Shown here one piece after another: positions 51,701 to 58,988 of a stretch of DNA of 64,000 bases. The DNA comes from Ophelia neglecta (lineage: Eukaryota): positions 79,980,001 through 80,044,000 of the forward strand of contig OZ260664.1 in the NCBI GenBank assembly GCA_965285935.1, in the 5' to 3' direction. The notes below the pieces were generated by a model. The model was given only the letters and a program-made list of their open reading frames with translations, made no database searches and was not told the origin of the DNA. The translations under genes were made by a program, and so were the position numbers. Every line of letters begins with the position of its first letter. The stretch's first letter is position 1.

Positions 51701-52407
51701 TAATTAGTAACTCGTGTAACAGATGGTGTGTGACCTCTAAGAGCCTCAGTTTGAAGGTTTGACACAGCCAGGCTGCCTGTCACTGAACGAGGGCCTATAC
51801 AGTAACCTGGATAGATAACATACATGACAACCCAATATAGTGTGCAAAAAGAGAAGAAATAGTCTATGTATTAAGCTACTCACCTGCTGAGAATTTTCTG
51901 GTAAAATCCTGGTTTTCGATTATACAATCTAATCCTGTTTTCGAATTCATGACTGCTTTAACACAGGCAACACATCCAAGTTGTAAAAAGGTATCCACTA
52001 CCCTAGGCGAATTCTTCTCGCACAATTTAGACAAGGCTTTGATGAGTATTCCCAATCCATTGTGACTGAGGAACTGTAACATCCATTCTCGAGAGCTGTT
52101 CTCCAATGTTTTCTTTAAGTTGGTATATGTTCCTAGGGTTGGAGAACGCAGTGTGCGGACAAGATAGGCGAAGTGCTGCTCTTCGTTGTTAACTACTGCT
52201 ATCGTTGGTTTGCTACTGTCAATACGCGACAGCCCGCTGGAATGAAGGTCCAGGCGACCAATTGAAACCCTCCTCGCCAACACGTTCCACTTGGACGCTC
52301 TTCTGTCAGGCTGGTGCGCTCCTTCGTCTTCTGTCGTCTGCTGCTCTACGGGAAACGTCCGTTTGTCCTTCTGGCTTATGCTTTCTTCGTCTCCCTCGTC
52401 GATTGTA
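11986..52407 (-). CDS. INF2: Inverted-formin family gene (INF2/FHDC1/Form3-like): DID-DD-FH1-FH2-DAD-long tail; 12 identified coding exons, at least 2195 aa, start exon unresolved
   Basis: Exons 52407-51884, 48151-48036, 34711-34552, 28240-28207, 22237-22093, 20487-19672, 18396-18146, 17861-17690, 16890-16712, 16454-16334, 16212-15954 and 15797-11986 all have GT-AG boundaries and compatible phases and give one open frame (6589 nt). The symbol marks the closest DID match; strict orthology is not established. Confidence 0.9.
15954..16212 (-). CDS. Formin exon, end of FH2 (MAQSEMG...LANYFCED...FCEKFQKAITEN)
   Basis: Acceptor tttcag|ATG, donor G|GTAGGT. FH2 C-terminal YFCED motif. Confidence 0.92.
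16334..16454 (-). CDS. Formin FH2 exon (YSVEALTSDIRSL...MRGFLE)
   Basis: Acceptor tttattag|G, donor GAG|GTAAGG, phases 2/0. Confidence 0.9.
16712..16890 (-). CDS. Formin FH2 exon ([34 protein letters not shown]...)
   Basis: Acceptor ctacag|GGT, donor CA|GTAGGT. Contains the conserved FH2 GF.L.SL.KL motif. Not in the ORF track. Confidence 0.93.
17690..17861 (-). CDS. Formin FH2 exon (YKLRIEAMLVKEEF...LIAGNFLNT)
   Basis: Acceptor tattag|T, donor ACC|GTATGT. GNFLN FH2 core motif. Confidence 0.93.
18146..18396 (-). CDS. Formin FH2 exon ([19 protein letters not shown]...LGNAEKFF)
   Basis: Acceptor cattag|GTG, donor AA|GTAAGT. LD.KRS.N..I.L motif with the actin-contact Ile. Confidence 0.94.
19236..19325. 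mobile_element. Short degenerate Tc1/mariner (Tigger-like) MITE, related to the element at 39390
   Basis: TA|CAGTGAACCTTG ... CAGGTTTCATTG|TA. Shares CAGTCCCTTGA with the 39390 copy. Confidence 0.6.
19672..20487 (-). CDS. Formin exon: dimerization domain, FH1 polyproline tracts and FH2 lasso (KMRKLQWNKIP...NMW)
   Basis: Acceptor ttgcag|GTG, donor GAG|GTAGTG. 816 nt, phase 0/0. Confidence 0.93.
22093..22237 (-). CDS. Formin DID/DD exon (REKDADADLTVQLDVFDQWRADDEENL...FHAVYKQ)
   Basis: Acceptor ttttag|G, donor CAG|GTAATC. Resembles INF2 DADLLIQLEAFEE..EDEEEL. Confidence 0.9.
28207..28240 (-). CDS. Formin 34-nt DID micro-exon (GLKLLEVINQLR)
   Basis: Acceptor tttttcag|GC, donor AG|GTGAGT. Phases 1/2 bridge the flanking exons. 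Resembles INF2 GLQLLDVLARLR. Confidence 0.88.
31217..31755. repeat. Probable non-autonomous DNA-transposon relic with G/C-run ends and degenerate ~33-bp internal units (CC.TTTGAT..)
   Basis: CCCGGGGGGAGGGGG and GGGAGTCCCCCCCCCG / GGAGACCCCCCCC ends; recurring cctttgat/ccctcttgat/ccatttgat units. Confidence 0.35.
34552..34711 (-). CDS. Formin DID exon (EHKKCRYRFSFLLDEL...LLSFINSII...RVRIRNEFVG)
   Basis: Acceptor atttcag|GAG, donor G|GTAAGT. FH3/DID signature YRF..EL...IN.I....R..IRNEF. Not in the ORF track. Confidence 0.92.
39390..39567. mobile_element. Tc1/mariner (pogo/Tigger-like) MITE, 178 bp
   Basis: Perfect 13-bp TIR CAGTGAAACCTGG / CCAGGTTTCACTG flanked by TA on both sides. Internal repeated GGGCAC subterminal motifs. 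Confidence 0.85.
42264..42428. mobile_element. MITE with CAGTGGC.GATTCAGG terminal inverted repeats and G/C runs (hAT- or Harbinger-like)
   Basis: CAGTGGCAGATTCAGG ... CCTGAATCCGCCATTG (14/16 complementary). No clear TSD. Confidence 0.7.
48036..48151 (-). CDS. Formin DID exon (ALENNSTTVKKQIIDLLSALCVYSTEGYDRAIDAIVHYQ)
   Basis: Acceptor tttattcag|CA, donor CAG|GTAAGT. Resembles INF2 [20 protein letters not shown]. Not in the ORF track. Confidence 0.93.
50345..50392 (+). repeat. Poly-C plus duplicated CTCTCTGTCCTCTCTC simple repeat
   Basis: Direct reading. Confidence 0.8.
51884..52407 (-). CDS. Formin exon: N-terminal extension with KWNVLARRV motif and start of the DID (WMLQFL..NGL..L...L; LQLGCVACVKAVMNS)
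   Basis: Acceptor ttttgtttccag|T (phase 2), donor G|GTGAGT. Strong resemblance to INF2 WMVQFLEQSGL...LQLTCVSCVRAVMNS. Confidence 0.9.
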
Positions 52408-54305
52408 CTGGAAACAAAAGGCACATTTACATAAGTTAGATTGGTAATAACACATAAAAAAGTGCGTCCTAAGTTTGTTAAACCCAAGAATTTGATTCTT
52501 CAACACAGGTGGTTGCTGTACTAACGAAGAAATACTTGTGAACTTAAAAGAGCGGAGGTGTACAATCACTTTTTGTTAAATTATTTCCCGTATTCGTCAT
52601 TTCACCTAGGGGGATGCCAATACATATTTGAGGTTAAGCCCCGTGGGTGTATTTCAGACTTGTCTTTTTGTGCAGTCGATGTGATTATTGGCTTTTGTAT
52701 GGAAAGAACCCCGCTGTTAAGTCGCTAATTAACTTATTGTGTAGTCACTGTGTGTATGTCGCAACAAGATCCAGCTGATAAACGTCATCATTTATCTCAC
52801 TATGAAACTTACAAAGGAATGGCATATACTCGGCAAGTTTGCCACTCACTGTATTAATGGGTGGAACTAGACACATATGTTCAGTTCATGTACAACGACT
52901 GCAAATAGCACCATTCCTCAAAGTGGTATAAGCCTGTACATGTATGTATGCGTTATATAGTATGATCCAAAATCACACTATGCTGCAATCCGTTCATGTA
53001 AATGTAATACGGTATATTAAAATGTGTGTTGGGGCGCGCAGACATGCCCTTCAGCACGGTTTGTCATACATGCTCTATGTGCAGGATCTTAATAAATTAT
53101 GGTACATATCTAGCCTAGCATGTGATTAAAGTGATAATTACACACAGCTTTGATTAAAGACCCGAGATTCTGCGAGGTTCTTAATCCTACGCAGGCGGTA
53201 GGTATGAATGTCGTGGGCTTTTGTGTAATTCCCGCCTCGTGAATCAAATACAATTGAAGTCAAATCAACAATAGAGGTCATACATAAATGAAGTTCTATT
53301 ATCATAACGGACAAGGCAAATTTTGTTTATCACTAAACTAAATGATCATGTACTTAAACGTGTAGCAGTTACCACGAGTTTTTAAATGCTAATGCAATAT
53401 GTCCTTTAGCCAAATCAAATCCAGAAAGCTTGTTCTGTACTGTCCTGCATAACGGCATTTTCTAAGTTAGTACAAGTAATATATCAAATAGGTTTATTGC
53501 TGTTTCCTTGCTTTAAAGCTTTAATAAAATGCTTTAAGCTATCACTAGCATACACAGACTTTAAATTAATTATTGATAGGACCAACAGGTCTTACACGGT
53601 GCGCACAATAGTAATTTTAACGACTTTTTATTGCACAATTTCAAATGAATAACAGACAAATTGGACCCACAAATCTTATACGAAATGATTATATAATATA
53701 TTACGCATTGATATTGAAAAGTTAAGAGGACAAAATATACTATATTATACGCGATTTCCTCCAAGTGAAGCGTATAATCAAGTTCGAAACCGGAGAAATT
53801 GATTTATAAAGAAAATCCGTGCAGAATCATTGAAAATGATAAATGATTATTATCATTTAGATCTATTATGTTGTATTATAAAATGCCTATTTTTAAGGTT
53901 GCCGCTTGGCTACAACATATTAAAGATGGGTTACTAACTGATTACAAGCATAGTTAGAGGTTTTGTTCCAATTGGCTTTGCTATCTTCGCCAATGATATC
54001 ATATTTTGATAAGGCTGATGACCATCGCCTTGATATACGTGTCATAAATAACGTTTGTCTTTTATGATTCTTGTGCATGTCCTTTTAGTCTAATGTACTG
54101 TTCTTTTAAATACTCTTCAATATGGAAATAGCTACCATGGTATGAGCTTAGAACACCAACACTGAAACAAAGGCTTCGTAGTTGGATGTGGGGATCAGTT
54201 GTTAATTCTTAATATATGTTTTTAGAAGTGCAAAACAATGTTTGACTTGAACATTCATTAAAAAGTAACAATTCCTGATCTAAATTAAACGGGCTAGCTT
54301 CGTTA

Positions 54306-54640
54306 AGGGGATGGTCATTTACAGTGGAGGGGGGGGGGGGGGTAGCAAATCCTTGAGGGGGGGGGGGGTTAGAATTATCAACTTGTTTTGCGCATCGCGT
54401 TATAAACTTGATTCGTTTTTCTTCCATGCAACACAATTACCATTTTAAGTGGCACATTCTGAGGGTGCGCAAAGAAAATGGCAGGGTTACGGGACAATTT
54501 GAGTTAAACTCGGTAGAATGGAAGGAGGGGGCCAAGAATCAGCGGAGTCACTGATGGGGGGGGAGGGTCATAAACTTTTCACCGACACTGGAGCAAGAAC
54601 CCCCCCCCCCCTCAACCCTTCATAGTAAATGAATACCCCT
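54306..54640. mobile_element. MITE (PIF/Harbinger-like) with AGGGG..TCATTTAC terminal inverted repeats and G/C runs
   Basis: TAAGGGGATGGTCATTTAC ... GTAAATGAATACCCCTTA. Confidence 0.65.
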
Positions 54641-55159
54641 TATTGATTGAAAACATGTAAAGTATTAATACATTTTTTATCAAATTAATCATTGTTACTT
54701 GCAAGTAAACCATGGTGTAGCTCAAACTTGAAAGTGTGGATTGGCCCTCGAGGTATTGATGTATGGGACCTCGTTGCATTGGAATGCTCACTGAGAACAG
54801 TAAAACCGTCGTGATATTGGCGTTTGGCACTTACAATGTACCCTACGGGCAGCAACGGTTGATGGACTTCGCCATTCTGACCTGAAATGGGTTATTTCTG
54901 CATCGCGTAGACAGCTTCAAGAGAGAAAAACTACAAATGCACCCGACCGCTGGTGTCGAGCTGAAAATAAACAGTTGTTCCCCCTGAAACAATGGCAAAA
55001 CCCAACACTTGTTGATGATATATGACAAAAGCGGCAACAAATCTGAGGCGACGCTATAAAACTAGATAAAACATGATGCATGTAACTAATAAACCGCGGC
55101 CGCTAACAACAATGACAATTATAACCTAATATATATATACGCGTAAACAATCATTCCAT

Positions 55160-55607
55160 CAGATGATGAAATTCAAACAAAGTATGTTGTCAATGAACTT
55201 TGGAATTCTCTGCCCAGTCAAAATAAAGCTTTTAAGAATGTCGATGTGAAGGGCTCACACTTAAGATTGTATTTTTGCTAGCTTCTTTTAATTGCCGCTT
55301 AGATTTGTATGTGATCTGTAGGCTGTTATGTAATGAGTGACCAGGTGAGTATGTTGATGTGCCTCTCAAGAAAGGACCACCATGGAAATAAGTCATTAAT
55401 TTGACTTTCTGTTCCCAATCTTTAACATGATGTTTTACATGATTATTCCACATAGGTGTATGTAAGTTGTAATTGCACTGATATGATTATATACAATGAA
55501 AGTCTAGTCCATCCTGAGCCATTCATCTGTTCATTGTCCATTTATTTATCACCCTTTTATGCATAGTGTACTTTGTACATATTAAATAAAATTTACTAAA
55601 CTAAAAC
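55160..55607 (+). mobile_element. 3' end of a CR1/L2-superfamily LINE (ORF2 C-terminus, 3' UTR, tail)
   Basis: ELWNSLP at 55195, then a UTR ending AATAAA plus a (CTAAA)n-like tail at ~55585-55607. The 5' boundary is approximate. Confidence 0.6.
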
Positions 55608-57339
55608 AGCTAAAGGGCCGTAAGGCTTCATGACGTCAACATGACTCAGAGATTATAAGTGATTCCCATATAACACACTGGTCACGTATAGTCACCATCC
55701 GTACCCCTCACCTACAAATACTGGTCACGTTTCCGCGTGGGGCCGAAATATACCTCAAGCTATGGTGAAGTCAAGACCCACATAGAAGATGGCGGAAGAT
55801 TAAGTATGTTGGGTCCAAACAAACATCATGACAAGTTTTGCCAATGTATGTCATACTATTAATATTTCGCGTATATTTCAATGCATCATTCTTTCCTTGG
55901 GACAAATCCATTGATTTAATATTGCAACCCGGGTTCGGATGGTGCTCAAACTTTGGTGACCTGAGATTCTATCCGGGAATAATTCTTATGCCCTATCTTT
56001 TAGACAAGTGGCAAAATTAAAACAATAAGCACCCATAACGTTCAATAATGACGAAAATTGAATGTTACATGTGTGTACGTCAATGATTAATTATATGGAG
56101 TTAAATAGTGTCAATAGCTACAGATTGCAAGGTAGCCTAGCCAACTAGTCTACGTTGAGGATCTCTCTGATTAGGTTACAGGGGCGCTTACTTCACCAAA
56201 CGTGCAGCCGTCGCACATATCAATAGGAAGGTTTATACTTGAAACTTAATGTTCATCTGGATGACCTGTGTTTTTATACTTTGTTTTGTTGGTCGTGGTT
56301 GCTCTTGAAAGTTAGATTAGTTACCGCCGTGAAGTCAGACTTCCTGGACCAAAAAGAGTGACGTTTCCGAGATAGTTTGAACTGGGTCCAATTGCTCCAA
56401 AAACACAAGTATATGTATATGGTCTGTCGCGCATGTTCAATAGCTGAAAACCAAAAAGCATTGAATATATGGGTTTCAATCAAACTACAAGAAATGAACA
56501 GCCAAATAGTCGTGTTTTCCAAAAAACAATTGCACTACGCTCAACACCCATTTAACATATAAAGCATTTCTTAACTTTATCCAAGAGATGTACATATTAC
56601 AAATAAATCCAGTATATCATTCATAGTTCACTGCAACATTTCTGTAATAATCATTTACATATTTTTTTAACGGCGTCTACATACATACACATACACATAC
56701 ATTTAACAAATGGGTCTTAATCAATTCAATGCGTCTGTGAGCTGGTGCGTATGTGAGCAATTGTTCTTCCTTTGTAGGAAAGTTGGAATTGGTAGCATTA
56801 TATTGACGCTTTTTGTGGTGATCTTTTTTTTTTGTTTAAAACATAACTCTTAATCTGGTTAATTGATCGCCACTGCCAAGCCGAACCGGTTTGATGAAAC
56901 AGTTTTTGAAACCTTGTTGCATTTAGTTATCTTAATCATAGGCATTCCTGACCCTGCTCACTAATTAATATATACAAACATATAGTTATCGGGAAATTTT
57001 TGTGCATAACCATATATAAATGTCTAAAAAAATATTTTGTTTTTGTGGTTCTGACTTTACATGGATCGGCAGACACCATCGCTCTGGTTAATTATTTTTA
57101 CAATGCAATCCATGAGTAGACCTACCAAAGAAAAATACTTTCTTGTTAAATGGGCAAGTAGCGAGATCGGAATAATGAGACTTTGCCCCAGCTTGTACAT
57201 GCAATATAGTGAAATGTTGCATTTGCTTAGTTGTTTTGACTTCCAACGCACATAGAATTACTGATTCACCGCGCTATGCACCAGTAGGGGGTTGTTTATT
57301 GTGTCAGCTTATAAACGCTGTCGAGACAACTAAAACTAG

Positions 57340-58545
57340 ACATAGGCTTTCATCAGTGGTGATGTACAGCGATTAATGGTGATGAACGGTGATGAACCAA
57401 AATGAATGGCGATGAACCATAAATTTTAATGAAGCCCGATGAACCGCGATGAATGGTCGAAGACTGGCGATGTGCCAGAATGTATCACACTGAATGACAA
57501 TGAATGAAGATGGACCACAATGAACCACATTAATTTAAGTGAACCATCGTGAATCACAGTGAATTAAAGTGAACCATAACAAACCACGATGAATGGCCAG
57601 GAACCATTTTGAATAATGAACTGCACTGAATAACAATGAACCACAATGAAACCAAGTGCATGGGACCAGATGGAGTGGGGTATACTTTAATAGATTGGGA
57701 TGAACCGGGATGAAAGTCATTTTATGAGAATGACGTAGGGTATATGTACATAATATCACATTGCAATTGTATGTCAGCACGTCCATTTGGGTGCTGTACG
57801 AGTGTTGATATGAAATTACCATGTGATATCTTGTTTACCACTTTATTTTGTATAACTGTATTACTGAACTGTATAGGCTAGCCTCACGAAGCCTCCGAGA
57901 CATTTTTGACCAAAATAGGCCTAAATAAGTTCACGAGAGAACACGTCAAGAATTGTCCTTCATTTTTGCCGGGTAGTGGCGTGGCTGTTTAATGAGACGA
58001 ATAATAAAACGGATAACAGCATGGTAAAAATGGCATATCCCGAGGAACCACGTTAAATCTCAATGGTTGCAAATGGGTTTGCCCTATGCCCTGATGAACC
58101 ATGATGAAATAGAATGTTAGCAAAATAAACCACTATAACCAATGACGAATCAAGCTGAACAGTGATTAGATCGCATTAGATGGACTGGTTTAATCAATTC
58201 AAAAGATGAACCATTATGAATCATGATGAACCACAATGAATCACGATGAACCAGAATAAAGGCCCATGAACCATAATGAACAACGATGAACTATGATGAA
58301 CCTCAATGAATGGCAAATTATATATTGGCCTATATATCGATAATACACTGATGTATTAGGCCTATATTCCCAAGCCTAACTCAAGCATCTTATATATATA
58401 CATATATATTATATTTATTTCCCAGCCTAGCTCAAGACCAAATGCAGCCTACGTACAACATGCATTATGATAGCATTCCATCATTCCATCAATCACCAGT
58501 TTACTTGTGTTAATGTATCGCTTGAAATTTGATGAAAGCCCATGT
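57340..58545. repeat. Element with 16-bp terminal inverted repeat containing two arrays of degenerate ~10-11-bp (A/G)ATGAACC(A)C repeats
   Basis: ACATAGGCTTTCATCA (57340-57355) versus TGATGAAAGCCCATGT (58530-58545), 15/16 complementary. Arrays at ~57378-57715 and ~58090-58312. Confidence 0.65.
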
Positions 58546-58802
58546 TCCTTCACTCACACATTTTGTGCAGAAACCAGTTTATAAGCAGAAACCAGGCAAA
58601 CTAAAATGATTAGGGAGCATCTATTAAAAATATATATCATCTCTTATTTACTAGGTCAACGGCTTTCACACTAAATTACTTACCTACAGTCAAATAAAAT
58701 ATTTACAAAATATGCAGTATTGTGTATCTTAGTACAGCCTACATTTGCCACTCGTGTTTACCTTTTCACTAATACAAAGTGGTACACGAAGAAAAGAGTG
58801 GT

Positions 58803-58843
58803 CCCGCCCATCGAGGACTTCCGCTAAAATGGCTGACACGTGA
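58803..58843 (+). promoter_or_regulatory. DPH3 proximal promoter motif cluster (GC box, ETS, YY1-like, E-box)
   Basis: CCCGCCC 58803, ACTTCCG 58817, AAAATGGCTG 58826 and CACGTG 58837, all within 80 bp of the DPH3 ATG; a housekeeping-type arrangement. Confidence 0.55.
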
Positions 58844-58880
58844 GAACTGGGACAGAAAAATCACCAAATTATTGACCAAA

Positions 58881-58988
58881 ATGTCGATATACCATGACGA
58901 AATCGAGATTGAGGACATGGAATATGACGACGAAACTGAAGCTTATTATTATCCATGTCCTTGTGGCGATCGATTTCAAATTACTAAG
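58881..58988 (+). CDS. DPH3: Diphthamide biosynthesis protein 3 (KTI11), exon 1
   Basis: caaaATG; [36 protein letters not shown]; donor AAG|GTGAGA. CSL zinc-finger YPCPCGD. Confidence 0.96.

Noticed and set aside
57378-58312. ATGAACC arrays as a CRISPR array
   Set aside because: Short degenerate tandem units without unique spacers, eukaryotic context, no cas genes.
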